This document shows positions 1-12,984 of a stretch of DNA of 64,000 nt, one piece after another. How positions within the stretch are numbered: position 1 is the first letter of the stretch; the number at the start of each line of letters is the position of its first letter. Source of the DNA: Selaginella moellendorffii (taxonomy: Eukaryota; Plantae; Lycopodiophyta); contig NW_003314328.1 in NCBI RefSeq assembly GCF_000143415.4, positions 833,889 to 897,888 of the forward strand. The letters are read 5' to 3'. Made by a program: the position numbers and the translations under genes. The notes beneath the pieces were generated by a model that was given only the letters and a program-made list of their open reading frames with translations, was not told the origin of the DNA and ran no database searches.

Positions 1-487
1 TAGAGAAATTCCTTAATAATATGAATGTTATTTAGTTTCATGAAAATACACTAAGGGTCAAATGAGTTAAGTGACTTCTCTAGACTAGCAATGCCTCTTG
101 ATACACCTTCACAATTAGATTCGTTAGAAAAAGATAACGTTGAATAATATCTAAATGTTCTCACCATTAAGTTATATGTCTGGCTAATAGGAATGACATT
201 CATCTTGGAAAGCTCACCACACGCTCAATGAATAAACAAATAGTGTGCACGCGCATGCCATCGCTCTTCTTTAGCTTCAAATTCGGTTTGTTCACTTTGA
301 CAATGAGATTTATTATACAACCAGATGGACTCAGTCTGGACACAAAGTCACCGTGCTAGTCACCATGCCCCAGATATGTCTAGCCCCTGGACAAAAAACA
401 TATAATTTCACATCATTTTCAAATACTTGAAAATTTGTACCTAGTCCCATTTTACTGAATAAATCCCACTTTAACGAAATAGAGCTT
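1..487 (+). mobile_element. Right end of a third copy of the Sola-like DNA transposon, cut off by the window edge
   Basis: Near-identical to 12494-12980 and ends in the TIR TCCCACTTTAACGAAATAGAGCTT (464-487). Confidence 0.93.
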
Positions 488-499
488 AAAAGACGATTG

Positions 500-1010
500 T
501 TTTGGGCTTTCACCGGACTCATACTTAGACTCGGACTCAGACTCAAACTCGGACTTAGACTCAGACTTAGACTCAGACTTGAACTCGGACTCGATCTTGG
601 TCTCAGTCTCGATTTTGGTCTTGGTCTCAGTCTCAGTTTGGGTCTCAGTCTCGGTCTCAATTTGGGTCTCAGTCTCGGTCTCAGTCTCGGTCTTATATTA
701 GTCTTGGTCTCAGTCTTGGTCTTGGTCTTGATCTCGGTCTCGGTCTTGGTCTTGGTCTTGGTCTCGGTCTCGGTCTCGGTCTTGGTTTGGGTCCTGGTCT
801 CAGTCCCAGTCTTAGTCCCCATTTTAGTCTTCATCTCGGACTCCTTCTCGGACTCCATCTCAAAATCCATTTCAGACTCCTTTTCAAACTCCTTCTCAGA
901 CTCTATTTTAGATTCCTTCTCGGACTCCATCTCGGACTCCATCCTGGACTCCATCTTGGACTCCGTCTCAAATTCTTTCTTGGACTCTATCTTATACTTG
1001 ATCTTGACAC
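500..1010 (-). repeat. Gypsy LTR-related fragment with a degenerate hexamer microsatellite (GAGTCC/GAGACC/GAGACT)n, reverse orientation
   Basis: The same hexamer tract and adjacent GGTGAAAGCCCAAA motif occur in the LTRs at 38650-38915 and 59690-60000. Confidence 0.75.
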
Positions 1011-1530
1011 TTCCATGTGTCACTACACTTGCCATATGTTAGTCCTTCTTGTGTTTCTTTTTAGAGACTCATTCACCAATTACTTTGTAAGCTCTATTTC
1101 GTTAAAGTGGGAATTGTCATTATCCCACTTGTAAAATAAGGTTTCCAAACCTTTATATAGTATATAAATATAACAAAATTCAACTGCATTGAGGCACATG
1201 CCATTTTATTTTAAACAAGGAAATGTCTACTCAATCACTTCTCCTCCCCCTGCCACTGCTTCACCTCTCTCTTCTCCTTGTCATCGTCGTCTAATTTCTT
1301 TCCATCCTTTTAATATTGGCTCAGTTGCTCCGAGTCTAGGTGGAGCCCAAGTCCCCATTCAATCTTTACTTTCCCCTTATTAATAAAACAACTTCGTAGA
1401 CTTCCAATAACATGCTGTAACACTTCTAGTATAATGCAAATCCTCTCAAAGAATTGTCTTTTAATATTAATACAATGGCATGGAACCCCATGCCATAATA
1501 AGTTACATTTTTAAATAAATACATGCCATC

Positions 1531-4500
1531 TCAGATTGTTATTTTTTGCCTCCAACGCCTATACAATAATCTTGGAATTTCATCACTCTCCACACTATCA
1601 GGATTTAAACCCAATAGTAATGCCATCTCTTCTCTAATACGTCCACGCTCATGTTCAGTGGTCAAAGAACCCATCCGGTTGAGCAGATTATGGAGATGCG
1701 GATAGTGTTTGGCTAGACAATATACATGCCATAAATGATGACTGGTGTCTGTCCGATCAAATGGCTTCTGATATACCGTTCCATCTGCCATTTGGTTGAT
1801 TTCTACAGCCACCTCCTAGACTGGCCGGTTCTCTATCACCATCGCTTCAAGCCGTTTTGCAAGGTCCCCCAGAACATACGGTTTCTTCTCCCTAGTTTCC
1901 ATACTGCAAGAGATGGGGTGCACTGCATATGTGTGCGTGTTCACTGCAGTTTTAATTGGCGAGTCATCGATGATGAGGATTTCACTTGACCTAGCAGTCC
2001 GGTTCATCACTACAGCCTCTGGCTTGATGAAGATGGGCTTGCTACCCCTCACATGGACCATAGTCAAGCAATCCTTATGCGTTAGGAGAAAGTCAAATGG
2101 TAATATTACTCACGTCTGATCGTGCATCGTCTATAGCAACGTTAATGCATTGTGGCGCATCATGGATGTCCAAACTCCCAATTGCAAATTGAACCTGGCC
2201 CTCTGTTTTAAGTGTCGCATGGTCATTATTAGATCCCGCAGTTTCTCCCGTGTGATTAATGTGAATCTGTCTCTTTTGACCAACTTGCGACCACAGGCTT
2301 TGGAGGGTGCAGTGACATTCGAGGACGAGCCACGCTCATGGGAGAAAAGGACACCGTTCAGATCAAAAACGATATAGTACCTTCGCCGTGACTCTGAAAT
2401 GAAATGTGTCAGCATAAAAAATGGTACAAGTCAATTTTACCATCTATAATATTAGTGAATGGTGCTCCCGATGGTCGTTGAGAGGGTTTTGGTCGAGGAA
2501 ACGTGAAGGGCGGAAATACTCTCCTCTGCAATGTGGGGTCAATCGCATCCGATGGCGTGTGGGCACATGCCATTTCAGCTGTAGACTCTGGTACAACTGG
2601 CTCAACAGTGGCATGGGGTGGTTCCGATGGCGTGTGATCACACGCCATTTCAGCTGGTGCCTCCGTTGGCAAAGTGGACATGACCGAACAGGCAGCAGGG
2701 GCGGTGTAGGGAGGTTCCAACGGCGCGTAGTCAGACAATTGGGCACACGTTGAGTCCGTTGGAAATGAGGATACGACTGGCTCGGCAGCTGGGGCGGCCT
2801 CATGCGGGTCCAATGGCGCCTGGTCACCGTCAGTTGGATACGTGGACAAGATTGACTCAGTGGTATGGGCAGCATCAAGTGGAGCGTGGTCAGCTTGCTT
2901 GGCGTTGATATGGATAGTAGCCTCCACCAGCTCTGATGACTCTTGTAGGCAAGTAGAGTCCACTGGCAGATCCATATGCATGTCCAAATATCTCCCTTCG
3001 ATTGAGATGGTATCCTCCCTATTGGCTACTAAAAACAAACTCATTAGCACATTGAATCGACTATACTGTATTTACCATCAACTGCTATTGGGCGCACTAC
3101 TGATTCTGAAGGATTGGACATACGTTTCGACCCTTGCTTGGCACTATCCTTCCTCGACACTAAAGGCTAGAGTTTGTATCTTAATTCAACTGAATAATCT
3201 CTACTTACCATTTCTTCTGCAACCTACATGGACAATGTTAGAAATGGTAAAAGGTTAGGAATGGATGTACTATTATTTACCTGATGGTTTGTCTTGTATG
3301 ACCTTCCTCTGCTGCTCTTTGGCCACCTCAGGCTGGCCATCGTCGTCATCATCGTCATCGTCGTTATTGTGATCGTCACCATTGTGAGGACCATCCAAGT
3401 CCTCTTCGTCCTCCTCTTCTTCGTCCTCCTCTTCTTTGTCCTCCTCTTCGTCCTTCTGCTCTTCCTGCTCATTATCTTTCTCTAGCTCCTCATCCCCCTC
3501 CTGCATTTCTTCCATAGGCTGCTCAGGCTGGATGGCTTGTTTTTCCAGGACCATCTTGGGAAAATCATCTGGCCGAGTCGCCATCTCAAAATACAAGACA
3601 TCCATAGCCTGTTTCAGTGCTTGACCTAGGACCGTATCCTCACCCGACTGTCTTAACATGGTTTCTGCACGTTCTTGCACCCTTCGAAGACGACGAGATG
3701 AGAAAAACATGGCCCTGACTTGAAAAGCATCCCTCATCCATTGTACCTCTCCATAGAGATTGGGGAAGGGGAGTCCGCCATAGGAATCTGAGTCAGGAGG
3801 TGGTGACTGGCTCCTTTCACTCAGCCCTTGATCTACAATGAATGGCATGAGCACACACGCCATAACCGCGAGGCATTATCTATCATCTTTTCGTTGCCCT
3901 TCTTCCTTTTCGAATCAAACGCCTCTAATCCCGACGACTGTCCAACGTGCTTTCGCTTTTTATGACCACTGTCAGTTTGAGCTTGACTGGTGCTTGCCTG
4001 TTTTGCCTTTGAAGAAGTGTCTCCTACAAGGAATGGCATGAGACCACACGCCATTGCAAATATAATTTGTACCTCCTTTTTTCCTATTGCTTGTCTGTTT
4101 GTCCTTCTTCGACGCGCCACCAGTGCGCTTTTCAATCCTCGTGTCTGAATATTCACAACGATCTATAATCAAAATGGCGTGAGGCCTCACGTGACCTTAC
4201 CTTGTGTAGGTTGTGAGCTCGGCCTAACATCAGTAGCTGTTAACGCCATTTCAGCATCTGGGGGTGGCCACGCTCCTGCATACAGAGCTTGTGAGATAAC
4301 ATTTAAACTTAAAGTGCGTACTCACCAGGTTCGCAGAGAAGATACTGTTTTTCTTTGGCAACTGTAATTATATGCTCCATTGAAGTCACCTCTTCAATGG
4401 AGTTTGTCACCGCAACACACGGGACACCCTTGAGTAGTGCGGCTCGAAAGAATAGTCCGCCGCAGTTGTACTCGACAACGCATTTGTCGAACGAAGCTGG

Positions 4501-6724
4501 AAAGTCACTCCAGTCCCACTCTGCTGCGGGACCAATAACAAGGGCGAGTGTGAAGATGCGGACATTCGTCGGTATCTTCTTCTTAGCCATTATCCCATGG
4601 ATCTCCCGCATCTCCTTGCCTTTCAACCGAGCCTTCACCTCGTTCAAGGCCTTCCAGAACTTGTGATAGGATTCGGAGTCGTAGATCATATAGTGGACTG
4701 AAGATTCCACCTCCGCAAGTCCCACCATTAAGTCAATGATGGAGCTGACTTTGTCTGCATGAGTGATCTCTTCGTTTGTGAAGTCCATCACACAAAAGAT
4801 GTTCTTGACCTGCTCATCTCCGCGGGAAACGATGCTCCTCCACCTTTGATCCTCATCCGAATTCATGTATACTCGGTAAGGTTCTCGATAGGCCTCTGCT
4901 GCGGGGTCGAGCTGTTTCTGAAGCCGGCGGTCGACATCCCTTTTAATGAAATTTGGATACTGATCCAACTTCTCAGCTTTACTTTTCGTGGCATCCCGCA
5001 GCAGATCGATGAACTTGGGGGCCCCCTTCACGTACTCGTCGATGTCTTCATTTGACAAGTCCAGCTCTTCCATCATCTCTTGCGTGGTGTCGATGCTTGT
5101 GCACGACTCTGAGAGCTCGTGCGCTATTGAAGGATTGGATCTTCGAGCAAGTGGCCGTGAGTCATTTTGGTCTTGTTGAAGACTACCTCACCACGTAGAA
5201 GATCATTAGCCACTGTCAGAAGGTCGTCGTCGTCTAGAGACCGCGAGAAACGCAAGGCGTTGAGCTTCAAATCATTGGGCTTCCGGCCGTCCTCCACACC
5301 CATTGAGTTTAGCAACTCCCCGTCATGGTACCTCCTCAGCACATCTACCCATTTGTCAAAAACAACTTTTGTCGCGAGTAGAATGTTATGGATGCTGAGT
5401 GTGTTATTGACCCCTAGTGTTTTCGAGAGAAGACTCGAGAATTCCTGCAATGGAAATGGCATGAGGCCACATGCTATGCCACATGCAACGAGGCTTACCT
5501 GCCAGGCGCTAGTTGCTAGTGCACGTCCTTGTCCTGGTTTTTGTGGCTTCTTCAGTTGAACCCAGAGCTTCCGTGTTCGTGCCAATGTCTCGTGCAAACC
5601 CGATTTGTAGCACGTTTCTTGCTTGACATTCTGCGCGTGGGAGATGGATATGATAGATCGGAGGGGCGAGTTGCCTTTTATCAGGTGGACAACTCTTGTC
5701 TTGAAGACTTTCTTCACCTCCTCGCCCACCATAATATCCAGAACTATTTCTTGCATCGCCAAGCTAGAATGCTGCCCGGAGACGGCATAGAACCGGATGT
5801 TCTGATCATCCAACACCTTCCTATTGATCAAGTTTGGAAACCTCGTCTCGCCCTTTTTGCGATTTTTGCTACCTCTTCTTGCTCTTTCTGCTCTTTGCGG
5901 CTCTTCTTTTTGGTGGGTGTAGTGTTCAAACCCGAGGCAATGGCATCACCGAGTAGCTTCTTTTTTGGAGCAGGAGAGTCGGACGTCGGCTTGAGCTTGA
6001 CCACCCTTTTCTGCTTCGGGGTAGTTTCCAGATCGACCCCCTTCCCCTTCGCTTCGCGAATTGGAGTCACTCTCAACGGCTCAATGTTGGAATATAGTTT
6101 TTGAACATCGCCGTAGGTGAGGTCCGTGGATTCCATGTGATCTTCATAGACCCGCAGCGTCTTTGAAATTGTGGGCCTCCTGGACAACCTCTCCCTAGCT
6201 CCCTCTAGGAATTCCTCATAGCCGCTGCCCCCCTTCGGGAAGCCGCTAGGATGTGCAAGGTGGATCTTGAAGGCGGACGCTGTCTCTACCACAAGTGCCA
6301 GTCCATATTCTTGCATGGAACTGTATGGAGTGTCTGTCACTTGGATGAGGATCCCCATGCATTCTTTTCTCCCACCATCTGTGTTGTACAGCATCAGATC
6401 CTCGCCTTCCATCCCGAAAGTCCAACTGGTGAGTTCCTCCCCCTTCTCTGCATCCACATTGACAGTGGCTGGAAGAAGAACGCAATTCCTCGCCGCACAA
6501 CAATTAGAGCTGACAGATGAAAAGCTAGCAGCTGGAAATAACGTGAGGCCACACGCCATTCACCACTGTATCAGATGTCTTGAGGCTGCATCCTAAGATG
6601 GCGTGAGGCTACACGCCATCTGTAACCGGACTGCACTCGAGAGCCCAATCAGTGCATGCCAATGTTGCTACTGAATGGCATGTGGCCTCATGCCATTTTC
6701 TACTTGGCCTAAAAGACTTACCAT
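1531..6724 (-). pseudogene. Multi-exon Sola cargo gene, copy 1: ParB-like domain, degenerate N6/N4-MTase-like domain, acidic and Pro-rich linker, FCP1/NIF-type HAD domain; disrupted by stops, deletions and a micro-inversion
   Basis: ORF pieces 5828-6559, 5124-5831 (FYAVSGQHSSLAM), 4309-5076, 3273-3863, 2409-3050, 2131-2415 (IVFDLNGVL, LGVWTS), 1816-2067 (ILIIDDSP), 1531-1812, joined by GT-AG introns. Probable ATG at 6724-6722 directly before a GTAAGT donor. Colinear with copy 2. Confidence 0.75.
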
Positions 6725-8733
6725 TTGAAGCCGAATGGAGGCCGTGACAATCGAGGCCGGACTCGCTGGCGAATGTGCACTGTGTGTGCAGCGGATCGTA
6801 GCAGCAAGGCTACTCTGCCACTTACAGTTGGAGAGTGGCGCTGAAATCTCTCGGGACGCCAAGTGGGCTGCGTGTCGGTGGCGGAGTGGGCGGCAGAGTT
6901 GGCGGCGAAGTTACAAATTGGGTGTGTCTTGAAGTGGACGCCGATGCACACGAGCGCGATGCGAGCGCGAGTGTGATGCAAGCGCGAGTGGACGTCGATG
7001 CACACGAGAAACCTGTAGAGAAGTGAGCGTGATCGCAAGTGGGAGCGCGATGCGAGTGGGAGCGCGAGTGTGATGCGAGCGCGAGCGGAGCGCAAGTGCG
7101 AGTGTGCAAGCGCGAGTACGAAGCAAAATGCAAAACCTAACCTCACACGCGCGAAATGTCACAACGGTTGGTAATCCCGCCACGTCATCATTCCTCGGAC
7201 TTGGGTGCCACCATTAATTTCTGGATTGCCGCGCGTATGCAAGCACGCAAAATCCAAAAGAAATCCGCAACGTCATCATTCCTCGGACTGCATGCACGTG
7301 AAATCCAAAAGAAAGATCATGATTGGGATATCATTTAATACCCTCGCTATATTTATACCATGCATGATTGGATATTCCAAAGCATCTTGTATTTCCAAAA
7401 ATGGCAGATGTTCAGCTAAATAAAGAAATTCTATCTGTTTCTATTTTTCTCTCAAATCAATATTATAGCGTGTGGGCTCATGCAATTTTGAACCAAAGAA
7501 ACCCAAAAAACGTTAGACCCAAAATATTTTGAAAAAACCCAAAAAACCCTAAACATTTTAAACCCAAAAATCCAGGCGTCCTGTGGCGTTATTCCTTGAA
7601 TGGTGTGTGGGCGCATGCCATTTTCAGGGCCAAATGCTGAATGGAGAAAAATTCCCTTTTAGTGCAAATGCTGCAAGAGGCAGATGCCGAGCACAAAGGA
7701 CTGTAACTACCTCACATGACACAGATAAACTTTTTTCTATTTGGCAAAGATAAACTTTATAGCGTGTGGGCTCATGCAATTTTGAACCCAAAAAATGCAC
7801 CAAAAAATTCTCGGCGTCATCTAGCGTTATCTCTTGAATGGCGTGGGCCGCATGCCATTTTCAGAGGCACATAGGAGTATATTCCTAGGATATTCTGACA
7901 AGCGCGAGATTGTTTTGAGTTTTCTGGAGATCCAACCGTTAGATCGCAACTAGATTTTACAGAATGGTATACAATGTCTTTCTTGATGACCCTGCAAAGA
8001 AGCATCTCGATCGGACACCACATGAGACCACACGAGCCTTACAATGTTTCAGAGGCATTTGCCATAGATCCGACCGTTATTTTGCTCCAAGATTTTACAG
8101 TTTGGTGTGCATGTTATTTTTGAATTCTCGAACTCATTCCTAGGTCTATCATTTTTGTGCGCCGTGTTCTTGGTTCTGCTGAGCGCAGTGAGCCCTGCTT
8201 GTGTAAGCGGCGTTGTGGGCTGTGGTTTATGCGTCTACGAGCGGTTGCGGCATTGCAAGTGCCATTGCGGGCGGCAGTTTATGCGAGTGGCAGTTTGTGC
8301 GAGCGGCGCTACGAGCAGTTGCGGTGTTGCGAGCGGCGCTACGAGTAGTTGCGGTGTTGCGAGCGGCATTGTCTTTGGTGTGGCTACCGCTTCCTCTTGA
8401 TATTCGGCACTTGTGCTTCTTGGTATGTTCACCATGGAATGGCTTAGGACCACATTTAGAAATGGCATGAGGCCACATGCCATCTTGGGCCCTTGCAATT
8501 TCATGGCTAGCATATTGTCATGTATGTTTTTACTTGCCTACAGCTGTGTGTATATCAAGATGGCATGAGGCCTCATGCCAATTTTGTGAATGCAAAATTT
8601 CACGTGGGTGTCAATAGCATGTTTGAATAATGGCATGTGGCCTCATGCTATTGAGGTTGTTTGGTATGTTATGATTTAGGCCATTCTCCAATCATTTTTT
8701 GTATGGTTTTAATTTCTTTTCTGCACTTTCAGA
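6725..8733. promoter_or_regulatory. Divergent intergenic/5'UTR region between the cargo gene and the transposase
   Basis: The genes are head-to-head. The region has a CG-rich GCGAGTGTGATGCGAGC repeat tract (~6945-7150), a duplicated ACGTCATCATTCCTCGGACT, and seven of the 22-bp palindromes. Promoter function is inferred. Confidence 0.5.
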
Positions 8734-11700
8734 ATGGCCTTCAGGGTTGGGGAAAAGGTTTACATTTTGAATGGTGGGAAGAGAGTTGCAAAAGGGACCT
8801 TTGTGTCTATGGATCGGAACTTTGTTATACACTGTCAAAGGCTTGGGGAAGGCAATGCTGCTGTATCAGTAGAGACTGTCTTCGATGGGAATGTGGTCGC
8901 TATTGAACGAGGAGAGATGGTCGTCGGGGTAAATGTTGTTATTGCCTTGAAAAATCTTCAGAAGAAAGCAGATGTTGGGGACAGCGCAAGTGCGACGCAT
9001 GTTCCTTCCGTGGATCTTAAGAACCGTGCTACATGGATTCAGGCGAAGGTGTTTCTAAACAACCTCGAGGGGGAGGTGGTAGCTGAGGGCTTAGCCACAG
9101 TTGTCGATCCAAGAGATGCGGTTGTTAATCAAGAATTGGGCTGGGATGATATTGGAGTTGCGATTTTAGAGGTTGTTGACACAGAAGAAAACAGTCTGAC
9201 TATTGGAAGCATTGTGCGGTGGAAATTGAGGCACTTAGTGTTTGAGAATGTGAAGGATTCACAATCAAACACCACTACAACTGATGACAGAACATCTCTT
9301 CATGGGAAAAGAAAGTACACCTTCCTAAAGCGCAGCCAAAGGGATCTGAGCAACGAACCGAAAAGGCAGAAAATGGCGATGGAGGTTCGAATAGTCTCGA
9401 CAGTTGCTTGTTGCAAGAGGAGGTGCTGTCAACATGCTGATTGGGATGCTATTGAAGAGGAGAGAGCAAGATACAAGACATTGTCCTGGAAGGCAACTCA
9501 CAATTTTGTGTATGAGGCATTACGGTCATCTGTTGATGCTTCAGAACATCAGGTGGGGGGCATGGTCTTCCAGAGGGGTTTGGTCTGCATGAAGGCATGG
9601 AGAATCATTTATAGAGTCCCTTGAACCACATTCTACAGAATCAAAACTGAGTTCGAGGAACAAAGGGTTCAACAGGTAGTCCATGGGAACGACGGTACGC
9701 ACAAAACCAGGGGTCATGTTGTATATGGAGAGGCAATCTTCAAGAGGTTTGTCGAGACATGTAGCGAGCAGCAACCACATAAAACCCGCCTCTTGGAAGA
9801 TGGAACACGAGACACCCAACGAGTTCTCCCTTCCATGTATACCAAGGGGGCCATATTGGAAGATGTGAATCGGGAACTCCAGAGTAATGGCTACAGGAAG
9901 CTGAGCCAATCTAGATTTAGTAGATTGTGGAGCAACAGGTTCAGGGATGTGAGTATAGGAAAGTACTCCAGCTTTTCAAAGTGTGATGAGTGCACTGCTA
10001 TCAAAATGGCTTTGTCGAAGAATTCTTGCAGCGCTCAAGAGCGAGAGACGTTGGTTAGAAGGTGGCTCGACCACAACATCGAGCAGAGAAGCTGCAGGAC
10101 TGCATATTATCATAACAGGATTCTCTCCATGGAGAGACCTGACTCTTACCTCTGCATCATCCACGACAAAATGGACCAGAAAAAGACGTGCTTACCTCGA
10201 CTCAATCCTGCCCCCAAGGCAATCTCTTCATCCATGCAGCTGCCTGTGTCTCTGTTTGGCATAATCGCTCATGGGCATGGTGCCCAGAACTATGGGAACT
10301 TCTTTGTACCTCTATGGGGTGGCGGGGGTGCAAACATGATGATTGCGTCCCTAGCAAAACACTTAAGGTCTCTGCAAAGTGCGCAGACTGAGCTGAACGG
10401 CCAACCCTTGCATAAGGCCCTTGTCGATCGAACCCCATACAGGGTTCAGCTGGAGGAGGAGCAAAGGCTTGCAGTATCGTGTGAATATGTTGGCCGTCAG
10501 ATTGTAGGGTTATCACGTGAGGCCTCATGCCATTCCGACGAGGCTGGTCGCCCGGTGAATGCACAGCCTCATCCAAACGAAGCAGAATCTCAAGGAAGTT
10601 CTTGCGGCCGATGTGGCCTTCCACCCCATCTTCTGCTCCAAACAGACAATGCTGGCAGTGAGAACAAAAACATGTACGTCTTCGCGTACTTGGCGATGCT
10701 TGTTGCCAAAGGCATATTTGAAACGGTTACACTTGGCTTTCTCATGGTTGGGCACACTCATGAAGACGTCGATGCCATGTTCAGTCACCTGGCAGAGTCC
10801 CTCCGGCAATCCAATGTCCTCACCCTCCCACAACTCTACGATGAATTCCAAAATTGCATCAAAGGCACTGTTGAAGCTGCACTTCTGACAGAGGTTCCAG
10901 ACTTTAAGGGGTTTGTAAGAGGCTACATCAGGGACGGATCCGAAACGCTGATTGGCCACTCCAAGCCTCTTCAGTTTCATTTCAGTATGTGTGACGGTGC
11001 TCCAGTAATGAGGTACAAGATGAGAGAATGGGACACAGTGTGGCTGCCAGTGGACGGCATTGAACTCTTCAAGAGAGATCCCATAACTGGGGAACCTATG
11101 ATTCCTCAGGGTTCCCCACGGCCGATGCACCCGGATGGACTCAAAGACCAGGAAAGTATAGTGGACGGGATTAGACAGCATATTGCCTTCTGGAAGAGGG
11201 GGTTGGTGTTTGGTGGAGAATCCTATTTTCAGAGGTGCAAGCCTTTGCTCGAATACTGGGAGAAGATTATATCTGCTATCCAAAATGGGCCGGTTGTATA
11301 TGAAGAATTGGAAGAGTCCTTTTGGCCAGAACCCAGAGCACCAGATAGTAGCGGAACAATGTCCTCTGGAAATGCAGTGACAGATAACGATGTTGAGGAT
11401 CACTATTGTGGGCCGAGGAACAAGAAGCCGGATTCAGCATTCAATCCAGTACAGGTCTGCAAAGGAATGGTCGTGCTTGTCAGACCCAGTAATATAAAAC
11501 AAATGATATGGGTGGGGCGCTGCATCACTGATGCAGAGGAGGACGCGGAAACTAACTCCTTCAATGTAACTGTGGAGTGGTTCAAGCCAAGTTCCGGATA
11601 TACGAAGGATTGCCTAGAAAAGAGATGGGTGCTGAATCCAAGGGATCCCAGCATGAGCATATCGGTGGATAATGTTGTGCATGGTTGGATGCGGAAGCAG

Positions 11701-11781
11701 AGTGCCACCATCACCTTGCCAGACCATGCAAGAGATGCAGCAAGAGCATTCATAACCCGGGTTCAAGGTGAGATTCATTAA
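8734..11781 (+). pseudogene. Sola-like DDE transposase (~1015 codons) with one premature stop at 9622-9624
   Basis: ORFs 8734-9624 and 9793-11781 are in the same frame and the gap between them is open; the TGA is probably CGA>TGA. Motifs: Cys-rich CCKRRCC / C.KAW; FSKCDEC; IIHDKMDQ; LQTDNAGSENKN; FLMVGHTHEDVDAMFS; a C-terminal beta-barrel-like segment (GMVVLVRP..IWVG..VTVEWF). Confidence 0.85.
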
Positions 11782-12062
11782 TATTCCTTTACTAAGTTTC
11801 TAATGTATTTTATTTCAAGGTGAACAATCCGAATCTGAATCAGAGGAGGTGTGATGGCCATGTGGCCTGAGATGATGTGACATATGCATTTACCAATCAC
11901 ACGTGCATAAATCTAATAATATGGCGTGTGGCCCATATTAATGGCACATAAACCCATATTGTGGGCTTACGTGCTTTATGTACCATCATTCCCTTGCAGC
12001 GTGTGTGTTGGTTTCCTTTTATTACACAACGAACTCCATATTTTAGGGTGAAGAGCGTTCTC

Positions 12063-12320
12063 ATGGCAAGCACAAAATCTGTAAGTGAGGCAGAAAAAGA
12101 GACGGAGAAGGAGATAGGTGAAGATGTAGAATATATAAGTCTTCCAAACTCCCCGTACTATACTCCAGGTGATCATTTTTCTGAACAAACGGCAACATTA
12201 ACAACTATCGAGAACGCCCCAGTAACGTCAGAGACAACAATCCAAAGCAAAACAACTGACCCGGAGAAGGATGATAGTACCGCTGAGAGTACCAAAAAGG
12301 AGGTGTCCACTAGCGCTTAG
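12063..12320 (+). CDS. Small hypothetical protein (85 aa, SLP.S.YYTPG family), homologous to 31190-31438
   Basis: ATG at 12063 within the listed ORF 11961-12320. Aligns end to end with the micro-ORF of the MULE-like element. Confidence 0.65.
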   Translation: MASTKSVSEAEKETEKEIGEDVEYISLPNSPYYTPGDHFSEQTATLTTIENAPVTSETTIQSKTTDPEKDDSTAESTKKEVSTSA

Positions 12321-12984
12321 GCTTATAATAGCGTGTGCCCTCATGCCATTTACTTGATCACCAAATACCTTTTTCCCTTTGCACTAGTATATCTTAATAC
12401 CGGTCTGAGAAATAGAATGGCATGTGCCCTCAGGCCTTTTACTAAATCACCTTTGAAAGAAATGCAAGCCTCTATGTCGTAAAAAAAAGGTACTAGAGAA
12501 ATTCCTTAATAATATGAATGTTATTTAGTTTCATGAAAATACACTAAGGGTCAAATGAGTTAAGTGACTTCTCCAGACTAGCAATGCCTCTTGCTACACC
12601 TTCACAATTAGATTCGTTAGAAAAAGATAACATTGAATAATATCTAAATGTTCTCACCATTAAGTGATATGTCTGGCTAATAGGAATGACGTTCATCTTG
12701 GAAAGCTCACCACACGCTCAATGAACAAACAAATAGTGTGTGCGCGCATGCCATCGCTCTTCTTTAGCTTCAGATTCGGCTTGTTCACCTTGACAATGAG
12801 ATTTATTATACAACCAGATGGACTCAGTCTGGACATAAAGTCACCGCGCTAGTCACCATGCCCCAGATATGTCTAGCCCCTGGACAAAAAACATATAATT
12901 TCACGTCATTTTCAAATACTTGAAAATTTGTACCTAGTCCCATTTTACTGAATAAATCCCACTTTAACAAAATAGAGTTTTTGT

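Larger units (their letters stand above)
1183..12754. repeat. Dispersed 22-bp palindrome ATGGCRTG-N6-CAYGCCAT (core often WGGCCW), more than 20 copies across Sola copy 1
   Basis: Copies start at about 1183, 1475, 2552, 2627, 3842, 4033, 4174, 5456, 6538, 6598, 6675, 7465, 7600, 7759, 7838, 8462, 8560, 8630, 10512, 11921, 12328, 12417, 12733. Some have one degenerate arm. Confidence 0.93.
1089..12980 (+). mobile_element. Sola-like DDE DNA transposon, copy 1 (~11.9 kb), carrying a transposase, a ParB-MTase-HAD cargo gene and a micro-ORF
   Basis: 24-bp TIR AAGCTCTATTTCGTTAAAGTGGGA (1089-1112) and its inverse at 12957-12980 (2 mismatches); 4-bp TSD TTGT at 1085-1088 and 12981-12984; transposase motifs. 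Sola assignment rests on the 4-bp TSD and the DN..ENKN / GHTHEDVD motifs. Confidence 0.88.

Noticed and set aside
331-1134. Long low-complexity ORFs (ESK/TK/RP and LGLS repeats), also at 38617-38877 and 59735-59935
   Set aside because: Translation of the LTR hexamer microsatellite; open in several frames and overlapping TIR sequence.
10525-11403. 292-aa antisense ORF and other antisense ORFs over the transposase and cargo genes
   Set aside because: Shadow frames of real coding sequence with no motifs, and broken differently in copy 2.
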